Numbered from the stretch's first letter, positions 22,001-35,323 are shown. The stretch: DNA of 64,000 nt from Rebecca billardiae RCC1528 (GCA_965240325.2 OZ251226.1:248001-312000), one strand, 5' to 3'. Notes: generated by a model not told the origin, from the letters alone. Made by a program: numbers and translations.

Positions 22001-25000
22001 GCTCGGGCCGCGACCTGCGTGCTGACTCGGACACGCCGGGCCCGGGCAGCTACGACCTGCGCGGCATGGAGGGCAAGGGCACGACTTTCGGCTTCAAGTC
22101 GCGCTCAGGCCGCGAGCTGCACGGCGCGTCGGACACGCCGGGCCCGGGCAGCTACAACCTGCACGGCGCGCAGGGCAAGGGCACTACTGCGGCGTTCAAG
22201 TCACGCTCGGGCCGCGACCTGCGTGCTGACTCGGACACGCCCGGCCCCGGCAGCTACGACCTGCGCGGCATGGAGGGCAAAGGTACGACTTTCGGCTTCA
22301 AGTCGCGCTCGGGCCGCGAGCTGCACGGCGCATCGGACACGCCGGGCCCGGGCAGCTACGACCTGCGCGGCATGGAGGGCAAGGGCACGACTTTCGGCTT
22401 CAAGTCGCGCTCGGGCCGCGATCTCCACGGCGCGTCCGACACGCCGGGCCCGGGCAGCTACAACCTGCACGGCGCGCAGGGCAAGGGCACGACGGCGGCG
22501 TTCAAGTCGCGCTCGGGCCGTGACCTGCACGGTGCCTCGGACACGCCTGGCCCCGGCAGCTACGACCTGCGCGGCACCGATTCACGCGGCACTACTGCGG
22601 CGTTCAAGTCGCGCTCGGGCCGCGACCTGCGTGCTGACTCGGACACGCCGGGCCCGGGCAGCTACGACCTGCGCGGCATGGAGGGCAAGGGCACGACTTT
22701 TGGCTTCAAGTCGCGCTCAGGCCGCGATCTCCACGGCGCGTCCGACACGCCGGGCCCGGGCAGCTACGACCTGCACGGCGCGCAGGGCAAGGGCACGACG
22801 GCGGCGTTCAAGTCACGCTCGGGCCGCGACCTGCGTGCTGACTCGGACACGCCGGGCCCGGGCAGCTACGACCTGCGCGGCATGGAGGGCAAGGGTACGA
22901 CTTTCGGCTTCAAGTCGCGCTCAGGCCGCGAGCTGCACGGCGCGTCGGACACGCCGGGCCCGGGCAGCTACGACTTGCACGGCGCGCAGGGCAAGGGCAC
23001 GACGGCGGCGTTCAAGTCACGCTCGGGCCGCGACCTGCGTGCTGACTCGGACACGCCCGGCCCCGGCAGCTACGACCTGCGCGGCATGGAGGGCAAGGGC
23101 ACGACTTTTGGCTTCAAGTCGCGCTCAGGCCGCGATCTCCACGGCGCGTCCGACACGCCGGGCCCGGGCAGCTACGACCTGCACGGCGCGCAGGGCAAGG
23201 GCACGACGGCGGCGTTCAAGTCACGCTCGGGCCGCGACCTGCGTGCTGACTCGGACACGCCCGGCCCCGGCAGCTACGACCTGCGCGGCATGGAGGGCAA
23301 GGGCACGACTTTCGGCTTCAAGTCGCGCTCGGGCCGCGATCTCCACGGGGCGTCCGACACGCCGGGCCCGGGCAGCTACGACGTGCGCGGCACCGATTCG
23401 CGCGGCACTACTGCGGCGTTCAAGTCACGCTCGGGCCGCGACCTGCGTGCTGACTCGGACACGCCGGGTCCGGGCAGCTACGACCTGCGCGGCATGGAGG
23501 GCAAGGGTACGACTTTCGGCTTCAAGTCGCGCTCAGGCCGCGATCTTCACGGCGCGTCAGACACGCCGGGCCCGGGCAGCTACGACGTGCGCGGCACCGA
23601 TTCACGCGGCACTACTGCGGCGTTCAAGTCGCGCTCGGGCCGCGACCTGCGTGCTGACTCGGACACGCCGGGTCCGGGCAGCTACGACCTGCGCGGCATG
23701 GAGGGCAAGGGCACGACTTTCGGCTTCAAGTCGCGCTCAGGCCGCGATCTTCACGGCGCATCAGACACGCCGGGCCCGGGCAGCTACGACGTGCGCGGCA
23801 CCGATTCACGCGGCACTACTGCGGCGTTCAAGTCACGCTCGGGCCGCGACCTGCGTACGGACTCGGATACGCCGGGTCCGGGCAGCTATGACCTGCGCGG
23901 CATGGAGGGCAAGGGCACGTCTTTCGGCTTCAAGTCGCGCTCAGGCCGCGATCTTCACGGCGCGTCAGACACGCCGGGCCCGGGCAGCTATGATCACGCC
24001 GCGAGCTCATCTGGAGGCGTTGGCGCGTCTGCGGCTTTCCGATCCCGCTCTCGGCGGGACCTCGGCGGGGCGGATACCTCTACGCCTGGCCCGGGCAGCT
24101 ACGACCTGCGCGGCATGGAGGGCAAGGGCACGACTTTCGGCTTCAAGTCGCGCTCGGGCCGCGATCTCCACGGCGCGTCCGACACGCCGGGCCCGGGCAG
24201 CTACGACCTGCGCGGCACCGATTCGCGCGGCACTACGGCGGCGTTCAAGTCACGCTCGGGCCGCGACCTGCGTACGGACTCGGATACGCCGGGTCCGGGC
24301 AGCTACGACCTGCGCGGCATGGAGGGCAAGGGCACGACTTTCGGCTTCAAGTCGCGCTCGGGCCGCGATCTTCACGGCGCCTCGGACACGCCAGGCCCGG
24401 GCAGCTATGATCACGCCGCGAGCTCATCTGGAGGTGTTGGCGCGACTGCTGCTTTCCGATCCCGCTCTCGGCGGGACCTCGGCGGGGCGGATACCTCTAC
24501 GCCTGGCCCGGGCAGCTACGACCTGCGCAGTGGTGAGGGCAAGGGCACAACTTTTGGCTTCAAGTCGCGCTCGGGCCGTGAGCTGCGTACGGAGTCCGAC
24601 ACGCCGGGCCCGGGCAGCTACGACTTGCACGGCGCGCAGGGCAAGGGCACGACGGCGGCGTTCAAGTCGCGCTCGGGCCGCGACCTGCGTGCCGACTCAG
24701 ACACGCCGGGCCCGGGCAGCTACGACCTTCGTGGTGCAGAGAGCAGAGGTACCACTGCAGCTTTCAGGTCTCGCTCTGGCCGCGATCTCGGTGCCGCCTC
24801 GGATTCGCCGGGGCCGGGCAGCTACGACGTGCGCGGCACCGATTCACGCGGCACTACTGCGGCGTTCAAGTCACGCTCGGGCCGCGACCTGCGTGCTGAC
24901 TCGGACACGCCGGGCCCCGGCAGCTACGACCTCCGTGGTGCAGAGGGCAGAGGTACCACTGCAGCATTCAGGTCTCGCTCTGGCCGCGACCTCGGTGCCG

Positions 25001-27217
25001 CCTCGGACTCGCCAGGCCCGGGCAGCTACGACGTGCGCGGCGCGGAGGGCAAGGGCACGACCGCGGCCTTCAAGTCGCGCTCGGGTCGCGACCGCCACGC
25101 CGACCCGGACATGCCAGGGCCCGGCAGCTACGACGTGCGCGGCGCGGAGGGCAAGGGCACGACCGCAGCCTTCAAGTCGCGCTCGGGTCGCGACCGCCAC
25201 GCCGACCCGGACATGCCAGGGCCCGGCAGCTACGACGTGCGCGGCGCGGAGGGCAAGGGCACGACCGCAGCCTTCAAGTCGCGCTCGGGTCGCGACCGCC
25301 ACGCCGACCCGGACATGCCAGGGCCCGGCAGCTACGACGTGCGCGGCGCGGAGGGCAAGGGCACGACAGCAGCCTTCAAATCGCGCTCGGGTCGCGATCT
25401 CGGAGGGCCGTCGGACTCGCCGGGCCCAGGCAGCTACGATGTGCGCGGCGCGGAGGGCAAGGGCACGACCGCGGCCTTCAAGTCTCGCTCCGGACGCGAG
25501 CGCCAAGCTGACGTGGACATGCCGGGGCCCGGCAGCTACGATGTGCGCAGCGCGGAGGGCAAGGGCACGACTGCAGCCTTCAAGTCTCGCTCGGGTCGCG
25601 ATCGCCACGCCGACTCGGACACGCCCGGACCGGGCAGCTACGACCTGCGCGGCGCGGAGGGCAAGGGCCCCTCGATGGGCCGCGGCTCGCGCTTTGGCGA
25701 GGCGGGCTCGAGCGACCAGGGCCTCATGTACGACATCTCCTGGTACCGCGCCGTCGGCTCCAACAAGGCTTCGGGCGCACAAGCGGCCTTCAGCTCGCGC
25801 ACGCACAGGTCGACGCACAGGTCGGAGGACGAGGGCGTCGGTCCGGGCGCGTACAACGTCGATGCGTACCAGTCAATTGGCAACGGTATGTGGCACGCGC
25901 TGGCCCATCGCGCTTGCGCCGCAGCGCGCCGTCGCGATGAGACTCATCACACCTGTCGTACCCGCTGCGCGCCCAACCGTGCCCGCAGCCTCAAGGCGCG
26001 AGGCGGGGACATCCTCGTTCAAATCGCGCTCAGGCCGGACCACTGACCTCGGCGACACTGAGGCGCCCGGGCCGGGTGCCTACGACGTGCGAACGCAGAG
26101 GGCATCGGATCGGCCATCGGCAGCCTTCAGGTCTCGAACCAAGCAGCGCGATGTGGGGCCGCGCGCTGACGAGCACCCGGGAGTCGGCGCGTACGAGGTC
26201 TCGCGCGGCGGCGTGGGTGGCCGCGGTACGTCGGCTGCCTTCAAGTCGAGGCAGCGCCGCTTCCGCGACCTGGAGGAGGAGGCGGCGCGTCGGTCGGAGG
26301 GCGGACTCATGTACGACATCTCCCACTACCGCGCGGTCGGGGCCGGCTCGGCACACACCGCGCGCTCAGCCTTTGAGTCGCGTTCGGACCGCAGGCTGCA
26401 CGGTGGTGCGGACGATACGCCTGGGCCTGGGAGCTACCCGCAGGAGGTGGGCACGCTCCACTCCACGACCGTCCGCAGCCAGTCGCGCGAGTCCGCCGCG
26501 TTCCGATCGCGCACGGTGCAGCGCACGGCGTGGACAGAGGGCGACTCGCCCGGCGCCGGCGCGTACGACCCAGGCGGTGGCGCCATCAGCGGCAGGGGCA
26601 CGACGGCCGCCTTTGTGAGTCGCGAGCGCCGCTTCCGTGAGCGCGACGATGAGGGCTCGCAGGTTGGGCCCGGCGCGTACAGCGTCGAGACGCACGGCGC
26701 CATTGGTCACGGTGAGTGCCGCGCCTCCTCGCCTCCTGTGCTGCGACGCGCGCCCGCGCACGCGTGCGCTGCGGCTGCATCCCACGCGGCGTGCAGCCTG
26801 CCTGGGGCATGCGGCTGTGAAGCGCAGCGGCCGTTGGTTGCACACGCTCACTCTCGTCCTCCCTCCCTCCCGTCCGCTTCCGCTGCAGCCTCCGATCGCA
26901 CGAGGGACCAGGGCACCGCTAGCTTCAGGTCGCGCTCCGGCCGTGAGCATGGCTACGACAGCGACACGCCTGGCCCCGGCGCGTACGATTCCGGGCGGGC
27001 GACGGCGGCCATCCGCGACGGTCGAGGGACCACCTCGCCCTTCCGCAGCCGGCAGACGCGCTCGGGTGACTTGCAAGGCGAGGGCTCGGGCCTCATGTAT
27101 GACATCTCGTGGTACCGAGCAGTCGGCGCGGGCTCACCGCACAACGCGCGATCGGCATTCAACTCTCAGACGGAGCGCACTGACTTTGCCTACGACGACG
27201 TCTCGCACTCGCCGTAG
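19080..27217 (+). CDS. giant PGPGxY (SHIPPO-rpt / STPG / ODF3-like) repeat protein; introns 19639-19897, 25886-25988, 26712-26888
   Basis: ~54 tandem ~34-aa repeats TPGPGSYD....G.GTT..FKSRSGR; three phase-1 GT..AG introns join frames into ~2500 aa. Confidence 0.85.
20195..25680 (+). repeat. 102-bp coding tandem repeat with alternating A/B (204-bp) higher-order unit
   Basis: alternation of LRGMEGKGTTFGF..HGAS and LHGAQGKGTTAAF..RADS units. Confidence 0.95.
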
Positions 27218-27411
27218 CAGTACCGGCTACCGGCACCGCGCATCACTATCGGCGCGGTGCATCCATCAGGGGTTAGCTCGCTCATCAAATATATCGTCGG
27301 CGCTGCGAGTGATGCCTATGCAGCTATATGTGGCCGTAGCCAGTAGTTATACTGACTTACTGTTATGACGCACTGCCACCTGATGGCGGTGATGCCATAC
27401 ATAATACACAC

Positions 27412-30400
27412 CACAGCAACGACTTCTTTTTTAAAGCGGCCGTTAGCGTGTCCAGCGGCCAGATTAATTTTCGAAAAATTACTATGCGCTGCGCGCGCGC
27501 CCCTAGGGGGCGGCGCGCGCGCGCGGCTGGTCCCCCCTGCATGCCCGCACCGTCAGCTGCCTGATTGCCGCTACCCAGCCCCGCTACCGTCGCGCGCGAC
27601 ATCCGCGCCGTAAATCACCGTCACCGAGCGGTCCGGCGAGCGCGCCGCCATCAATTTGCTCCTGAGTGCCGAAAACTCCTTCTCCGGAAGCCCAGCCTCC
27701 TCGCGCAGGAGCTTGCGCGCCGTCATGCACTCCGCGATCAGGTCGATCGCGTCGGTCTCCGCCCTGCGCTGCCATTCGCGCTGCCGCTTGGCGTACTTCT
27801 TCAGCCAGAGCCGCCGCACCTTGTCGCCGAACTCCTCTGCCCACGTCGCAAGCGACACGCGGCGCACGAGCTGCGCGACCGTCGAGATGTGCGGCTCCGC
27901 CGTCGACTTCTTCCCCTCGGCGTACTCGCGGACGAATGAGTCGAGTGACTTGCGCGCGTGCACGAGCGGCATCGCACGCTTGGTCACCTGCACGAAATGC
28001 CCCTGCACCTGCTCGTCCGCGAGCTGCACGAGGCGCCCCCGCCGCCTGAGGCGAGACGCCGTCTGCGCCCGCCTCCGTGACCGCCCAGACGTTGAAGCGG
28101 AGCGGTGGGACGTTGTGCGAGCCCTGGCCGGCGAGGCTGGCGAGGCTGACGTAAGCGCCGGTGCACGCCACGATGGCCTTCTGCTCCTCCGCGTAGTCGG
28201 CCGCCTCGGCGCCGCCGCCAAAACCGCCGCCGGCCGCGCTGCCGCCTGCCGAGGCAGTGCTGCCACCGAGGCCGCGCTGCTGCGCGCCGCCGCCGGCCGC
28301 GCCGCCGCCGGCCGCGCCGCCACCAGCCGCACCACCACCCGCACTGTCAGCCGCGCGGCTGGCCGCGCCACATGCCGCGCCACCGGCCACGCGGACGCCA
28401 GCACCGGCTGTGCCGCTAGCCACGCCGCTGCCACTGCCGGCCGCGCCGCCCACGCCGCCGCCCGCGCCCGCGCCCGCGCCCACGTTGCCAGCCGCGCCCC
28501 CGGCCGCGCCCCCGGCCGCGCCGCCGGCCGCGCCACCGGCCGCGCGGACGCCAGCGCCAGCGGTGCCGCCAGCCACGCAGCTGCCGCTGCTGCTGCCACC
28601 AGTGCTGCTGCTGCCGCCCGCACCGGCCGCGCCGCCGCCGGCCGCGCCACCGCCGGCCGCGCCGCCGCCGGCCGCGCCGCCGCCGGCCGCGCCGCCGCCG
28701 GCCGCGCGATCGCGAGCGCTGTCAGCCGCGCCGCTGTCCGCGCCGCCGGCCGCACCTCCGGCCGCGCCTCCAGCCGCGCGGACGCCAACGCCAGCTGTGC
28801 CGCCAGCCACGCCACTGCAGCTGCCGCCCGCGCCGCCCGCGCCGCCGCCAGCACCCGCGCCCGCGTTGCCAGCCGCGCCGCCGGCCGCGTCCGGCCGCGT
28901 CGCCGGGCGCACCGCCGCCTGGCGCGCAGTTGTCGGGCGTGCCGCCGTCGGGCGCGCCGCCACCGGGCCCGCCATCGCCCGCGCTGTCAGCCGCGCCGCC
29001 GGCCGCGCCGCAGGCCGCGCCACCGGCCGCGCGGACGCCAACGCCGGCTGTGTCGCCAGTCACGCCGCTGTCGCTGCAGCTGCCGCCGCTGCTGCCGGCC
29101 GCGCCGGCCGCGCGCGGCCGCGCCGCCGGCCGCGCCGCCGCCGGCAGTGCCGCCGCCGGCCGCGCCACCGCCCGCGCTGTCAGCCGCGCCGCTGGCCGCG
29201 CCGCCGGCCGCGCCACCGGCCGCACGGACGCCAGCGCCGACTGTGCCGCCAGCCACGCCGCTGCCGCTGCCGCTCGCGCCGGCCGCGCCGCCGCCCGTGC
29301 CCGCGGACGCGCCCGCGTTGCCAGCCGCGCCGCCCGCCGCGCCGCCGGCCGCGCCGCCGACCGCGCAACCGGCCGCGCGGACTCCAGCGCCGGCGGCACC
29401 GCCAGCTACGCCGCTACCGCTGCCGCTGCCGCCGCTGCCGCCGGCCGCGCCGCCGGCCGCGTCGCCGGCCGCGCCGCCTGCAGCGCCGCCAGCCGCGCCG
29501 CCCTGCCGCGCTGGCCACGTGCAGCGGCGGCAGCTGGCGGCGCCGGTCGCGGTGGGAGCCGGCCGCTCCGGATCACGTCATTGATCCCGTCGGCGTCCGC
29601 ACTCCATAGCTCGGGCATGTCCGAGTCCGGCCGCTCCGAGATGGCGATCGCCTCCGACGACGCGAGCGCAACACCCTCATAGTTGCGCACGATGGCGATC
29701 GTGGCCGCGCGCGAGTGCGCTGCGTTTGGCCCGTGTCCGCCGAGAGGAGGAGGACATGCGGCTGCCCGCGCGGGCGCGCGGACTTGCCGTAGTGCTCCAA
29801 GCGATCCAGCACGGCGCCCACGGCCTGCGCCCACGGCCGCGCCGCCGACTCGCTGCCGATCATCATCACGCCCGCGCCCGCGTGCTCGCGATTGCGCAGC
29901 GCGCTCTCACGTGAGCCAGCCACCGGCGGCGGGATCGGGTGGCGCATGCCCAGGTTGAGCCACGTCGAGAACTCTCGGGCTGGCGCGAGCCCACGATGCT
30001 CAGTGTGCGGTCCTTCTCGCGCGCCTAGTGCACGACGCCCTCGTCGTCGAGCGAGGTGAAGGCATGCAAGACGAGCGCGTCTCACGAGAAGAGCCGCAGC
30101 TTGGCTACACGCAGCAGGTTGTTCTTCTTCCGCTGGGCCTTGATGGCGACGAGGCTGTTGACGCTGCGCTTGACCTCCGCCAGGTAGTTCTCGTTCGGCA
30201 TGATCGAGTGGTCCACCTCGCTCGCGGCCTCGCGCGCGCGCAGCTTGAGCATCTCGTGCGGCTGAGCGCCGCGGCCATGCGCAGCCATGCAGATGCGGCA
30301 GAGACGTGGCGCCCGATGCGTTAGGCACCTTTGCGATGCAGCTTGGGCTTCCTAGGCTTCGCGCAGGAACGCTTGCCCTTGCCCACGGTGAGCACAGCCG

Positions 30401-30961
30401 TCGCCATTGCTGCGCGCGGCGAGCGCGGTCACGCGCGGCCGTGCCGGGCGCAGCCGCAGCAAGTTAGTCTGATGCAAATTCCCGGTCACCCATGCAAAAG
30501 TAAGCGTTCCCGCTGCGCATGTGCGTGCATCACGAGTAACCCGCCGCCTGAATAACAACTCCGCGCCCCTCCATACACTTCCTGCATCCCCGCGCGCAGC
30601 GGCGTGCGGGCGGGCGCGAATTCGCACCGTGTTACGAACAGACCTAGCAAAGTAGATCGGTGTGGCGCGTCGGGACGCGGAGCGGGTGCGGGGCAGGCGG
30701 GGGATAGGTTGGGGAACACCCGCGATTAGAGCACCGGTGGCGCAGCGGCGACGTGGACGCCGCCACACGCGCACGCACGGCGCGCGCTCGCACCGCGAGT
30801 CGAACGTCCGCTCGCCAAGCCCTGCGACGGCGTCCGTGCGACGCCGAGCGACGAACGCTCTCGGGATTCGGCCCGGACCACCAGATTCAGCCGTTAACGG
30901 CCGAAAATTCATTTGTTGGAGTTTCCTTAACGGCCGCTTTAAAAAAGAAATCGTTGCTGTG
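27412..30961. mobile_element. TIR DNA transposon with CAC...GTG termini (CMC/CACTA-Chapaev-like), no recognisable transposase
   Basis: ~34-bp TIR CACAGCAACGAYTTCTTTTTTAAAGCGGCCGTTA; flanked both sides by ACAC within (AC)n. Confidence 0.75.
27571..30370 (-). pseudogene. frameshifted (or spliced) cargo/accessory ORF with Gly/Ala-rich 15-bp repeat tract
   Basis: protein-like segments in several frames (30288-30082, ~30000-29730, ~29720-29560, 28020-27571) interrupted by GGGAA-encoding repeats 28270-29500. Confidence 0.4.
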
Positions 30962-31115
<154 letters not shown>

Positions 31116-31930
31116 TTATTAACATTTATAATACGATTACTACTGAGTTCTAAGAAACTAGTTGCTAATCTCGCCTGCCTGAGCTGTGTGCGTCTCTTAT
31201 TCGATTAGTAAACTGTATTGTCAGCACTGGGCCAGCGGCAATAGAGCTGATGACCGCCGCGCAGTCAGAGCCGCATGACACTCAGTCATGAGACTCATGA
31301 GTCATCCCGACAGACAGTGCCGAGCCACGTGACGGTCGTATTATTATTATAAAATCAATAAATAATAACGACTCATATAATGCATGATGTTTGATAATTA
31401 TATACTTAGAACAGGATGACAGACAGCTTCGATCTCAGTTACTGTGAGTGATGTCTGCTGCAGTCGCCGCGGTCGGCCCGCCCAATCGGGCCCACTGCTG
31501 GTATATACATCTAGTACCGTTTTTTTCAAACAATGTAGTGACTTGAAGCGTACTTCAGACGTAGACTTATTATCGAATCAGAGATTTCTGACTGTCTGAG
31601 AACTCCGCCTACTGCCCTACTTAGAAATAGAGTCGGGTCCGAGACTCTCTGGATAGTGCCTAGTGGATGGCGCGGAGTGCCGACTGAGTCGTTAGTGAGA
31701 CTGAGTCTCGGAGATTTAGTGATTGACTGAGTCAATGACTGAGCTGCCGCATATGAACCCGGCAGACGCCAAGCCTCCCCGTCCCAACCCCGGGCCGTGC
31801 CCCGCTCACTGCCTCTCGCTATACGGTGTCGCTGGCGTCCCGCTCACGCTGGCGCTGCCCGGCGCACTCACTGTCACATCGTCGCCGACGCGCCGTCCAG
31901 ATAGTGTCTGCTACGGCATCTACTTGCCAA

Positions 31931-32304
31931 TAAATTCCCCTTTATAACGGGCTCCGGGTGATCAGACCGGCGGCCGAAGCCTCCAGCCCTGGCCAGCCCC
32001 CAACCAACCACCACGGCACCACCCCCACCCAACCTCAAACCACTGACCGAGACGCTTCGTCATGCTTGAACCGCCTGCTCGTCCCCCGCGGAACTCATCA
32101 GAAGGTCAGAAAGTAACACCCGGGGGATATTCCACGAACCTTCAACCGCTTGAGCCGTTGAGCGCCGAATTCTGTCACTTATTTCGGCGGGTCGCTTCTA
32201 GCGTGAATCGTGCCGGTCGCTATGATAATAATAAAGGCGGCGGGTCCGCTTCCACCTGAACCTCCTTTAACTAATAGTTTTTAAATTCCCCTTTATAACG
32301 GGCT
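31931..32304 (+). mobile_element. TTATAACGGGCT-family element bounded by 23-bp direct repeats
   Basis: TAAATTCCCCTTTATAACGGGCT at 31931 and 32282. Confidence 0.6.
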
Positions 32305-32317
32305 AGAGTAGGCCGGG

Positions 32318-33215
32318 ATTGACACTGGCCCACAGGGGGGGGTTCCGAATTGGTCCCCCGACCTCGAGCTCGATGGCTGCCGCACGTGCGTGCCCAGCGT
32401 GCCTCGCGCGTGTGCGTGCACGGTAGGGCGTCCCGACAGCGGCGGGGTGGCGTAGATGGTCGCATGGGAGGTGCATCCGTGTGTCGGAGACGTCTCGGCG
32501 CCTCGGTGGCGTGCCCACACCTCTCCTTGTCGCCGCTTGCCTGCTGCGTGCTCGGCCAGCCGTTTGGAGTGCACGCCTGCACGTGCACGGCCAGTGTCGG
32601 GCGGATCGAGCCGTAGCGAGTGTGCTTGCGGGTACTCCCACCCGATGCGGCTCTCTGCCGCCGTCGCAAGCCCTCGCGCGTGTCCTGGAACCTGCCGAAT
32701 CTAGTCGGGCATGCGCCCAACATGCTCGCGAACATTGCCCAGGAATCGCATCAGAAATGCGCTATTTGAAAATAAAACTGGACAGCATGTGGTGTACCAC
32801 CATGACAACACTGAACACGTCGTGGGTTGGAGTGCACGGCTTGGGATTGATGCACGAGAGCTACTACGACGGCGGCAGAGAGCCGCATCGGGTGGGGGTA
32901 CCCGCAAGCACACTCGCTACGGCTCGATCCGCCCGACACTGGCCGTGCACGTGCAGGCGTGCACTCCAAACGGCTGGCCGAGCACGCAGCAGGCAAGCGG
33001 CGACAAGGAGAGGTGTGGGCACGCCACCGAGGCGCCGAGACGTCTCCGACACACGGATGCACCTCCCATGCGACCATCTACGCCACCCCGCCGCTGTCGG
33101 GACGCCCTACCGTGCACGCACACGCGCGAGGCACGCTGGGCACGCACGTGCGGCAGCCATCGAGCTCGAGGTCGGGGGACCAATTCGGAACCCCCCCCTG
33201 TGGGCCAGTGTCAAT
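32318..33215. mobile_element. foldback/MITE element with 349-bp near-perfect inverted arms and 200-bp spacer
   Basis: 32318-32666 is the reverse complement of 32867-33215 (one mismatch seen); AT|TG...CA|AT ends. Confidence 0.9.
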
Positions 33216-33327
33216 TGGCCGCGAGGAAAGGAGCGACCTCATCATTCGGCACTCACGAAAACACGCGCGATGACTAGGTCAGTGCTGAACCGTTCCACAC
33301 TGCGTGAACCCGATCAACCCCCGCGCG

Positions 33328-34998
33328 ATGCTGATCGCATCCTCGTCGCTCTCCGGCCGCCTGCTGGCGGCCGCGGGCCCAAGCCTCGGGACCATCATCC
33401 CCGCAGGCACCGTTGCCCTCGCACGCCTCGCCGCGTGCGCCCGTGGCGCACGGTCCTTCTCCTCCCAGCAGCCGCACGCGTCTAACGAGCAGCGCGCAAT
33501 CCAGCTCCTCAACGCGCTCGACCAGGTGCAATCGCCGGCGCCCGAGCCGACGGCGACACGGCTCTTCATCGACGGCGAGTCGGTCGACGCCCTCGATGGT
33601 CGGACCTACCTTGACATCGACCCGCGAAGCGGACTCCCCATCTGCAAAGTCGCCGAGGCGGGTCCTGCGGACATCGACCGTGCAGTGCTCGCAGCGCGGC
33701 GAGCGTTCGATGCAGGCCCGTGGCCGCGGATCGGCGGGCGCGAGCGTGGACGCGTGCTCAACCGCCTCGCAAATCTGATTGAGGAGCATGCCGACGAGCT
33801 CGCCGCCCTCGAGACCCTCGACGTTGGCAAGCCGCTGTCGCGCGCGCGTGCGCACGACGTGCCGCTCGCTGTTGACCAGCTGCGGTACATGGCCGGCTGG
33901 GCGGACAAGCTCGGTGGGAGCACGCTGCCGGTGGACGGCGACTACTTCGCCTACACGCTGCGTGAGCCCATCGGCGTTGTCGGCTCGATCACGCCGTGGA
34001 ACTTCCCCCTGCTCATGGCCACGTGGAAGTTTGCGCCCGCACTGGCCGCAGGCAACACGGCCATCCTCAAGATCTCGGAGACGACGCCGCTCTCGATGCT
34101 GCGCGTCGCGGAGCTCGCGCTCGAGGCAGGCGTGCCGCCCGGCGTGCTCAACGTCGTCGCTGGGCCGGGCAAGACGGCTGGCGGAGCCCTCGCCGCGCAC
34201 GCGCTCGTGGACAGGCTCAGTTTCATGGGCACCACCTCGGTGGGAGCCCGAGTCACCGCCGCCTCCGCACTAAACGTGACGCGTGTCTCGCTCGAGCTCG
34301 GCGGCAAGTCGGCCGCGATCGTGTGCGCTGATGCGGACCTCGAGCAGGCGGTGGAGGAGACGCACCTTGCGTGCTTCTACAACATGGGCGAGTTCTGTGC
34401 CGCGGGGTCGCGCACCTTCGTGCACGAGTCCCTGTACGACGAGTTTGTCGAGCGAGCTGCCGCCCGCACCGCCGCGGTGCGTGTCGGCGACCCGTTCGAC
34501 GCGCGCACAGAGATGGGACCGCTGGCGAGCGAGGCGCAGCTCAAGAACGTGCTCAAGTACGTGGACGCCGGCGTCGCGGGCGGCGCGCTCCTCGTCGAGG
34601 GCGGCGAGCGCGTGGGCAGCACGGGGTACTACATGCGCCCTGCCGTGTTCGCTGGAGTGAAGGACGAGATGGCGATCGCCCAGGAGGAGATCTTTGGCCC
34701 AGTCATGTCCATCCTCAAGTTCAGCTCGGACGAAGAGGTGGTGCAGCGCGCGAACGCGAGCAAGTACGGCCTGGCCGCGGGCGTGTGGACGCGCAGCCAC
34801 GCACGTGCCAACACGCTCGCACGCGCGCTGCGCGCCGGCACCATCTGGGTCAACTGCTACGCGCACTTTGACGCGGCTTTGCCCTTTGGTGGCTTCAAGC
34901 ACTCCGGGCACGGCCGTGACAAGGGTCTTGCCGCACTTGAGCAGGTCACCGAGCTCAAGGTAGTCGAGACGCCCTTGGAAGCACCAACGTGGAACTAG
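33328..34998 (+). CDS. ALDH2: aldehyde dehydrogenase, ALDH1/2 family, putative mitochondrial
   Basis: REPIGVVG.ITPWNFP, LELGGKS, catalytic Cys in GEFCAAGSR, EEIFGPV, PFGGFKHSG. Confidence 0.9.
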   Translation: MLIASSSLSGRLLAAAGPSLGTIIPAGTVALARLAACARGARSFSSQQPHASNEQRAIQLLNALDQVQSPAPEPTATRLFIDGESVDALDGRTYLDIDPRSGLPICKVAEAGPADIDRAVLAARRAFDAGPWPRIGGRERGRVLNRLANLIEEHADELAALETLDVGKPLSRARAHDVPLAVDQLRYMAGWADKLGGSTLPVDGDYFAYTLREPIGVVGSITPWNFPLLMATWKFAPALAAGNTAILKISETTPLSMLRVAELALEAGVPPGVLNVVAGPGKTAGGALAAHALVDRLSFMGTTSVGARVTAASALNVTRVSLELGGKSAAIVCADADLEQAVEETHLACFYNMGEFCAAGSRTFVHESLYDEFVERAAARTAAVRVGDPFDARTEMGPLASEAQLKNVLKYVDAGVAGGALLVEGGERVGSTGYYMRPAVFAGVKDEMAIAQEEIFGPVMSILKFSSDEEVVQRANASKYGLAAGVWTRSHARANTLARALRAGTIWVNCYAHFDAALPFGGFKHSGHGRDKGLAALEQVTELKVVETPLEAPTWN

Positions 34999-35166
34999 CG
35001 AGTATATAGCCCGAGTCAGAGAGAGAGACCGAGCCGAGTATTCTTTCGCCGGAGAGCGCGCTATATCAGAGTCCGTCCGCTCATAAGTATACGTAGACTT
35101 ACTCACTTAGACGGATGACGCCACAGTACGGTCCGCGAGACAGTCTCAGTCAGAGAGCAGAGAGAG

Positions 35167-35212
<46 letters not shown>

Positions 35213-35323
35213 GAGAGAGAGCAGAGCAGATGATGGCGACATCATCATCATCATCAGTATCCGGACAGCAGCTGACTGCTACTACTGATGGATTATTCAT
35301 GTGCTGCACGTCAGAGTCACTCA

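Noticed and set aside
19748-25885. 2489-aa Arg/Ala/Thr ORF
   Set aside because: Shadow frame of the GC-rich repeat; only the part after 25989 is the real coding frame
27412-27450. RAG/Transib RSS-like end
   Set aside because: CACAGCA is not the heptamer, there is no nonamer, and no 5-bp TSD
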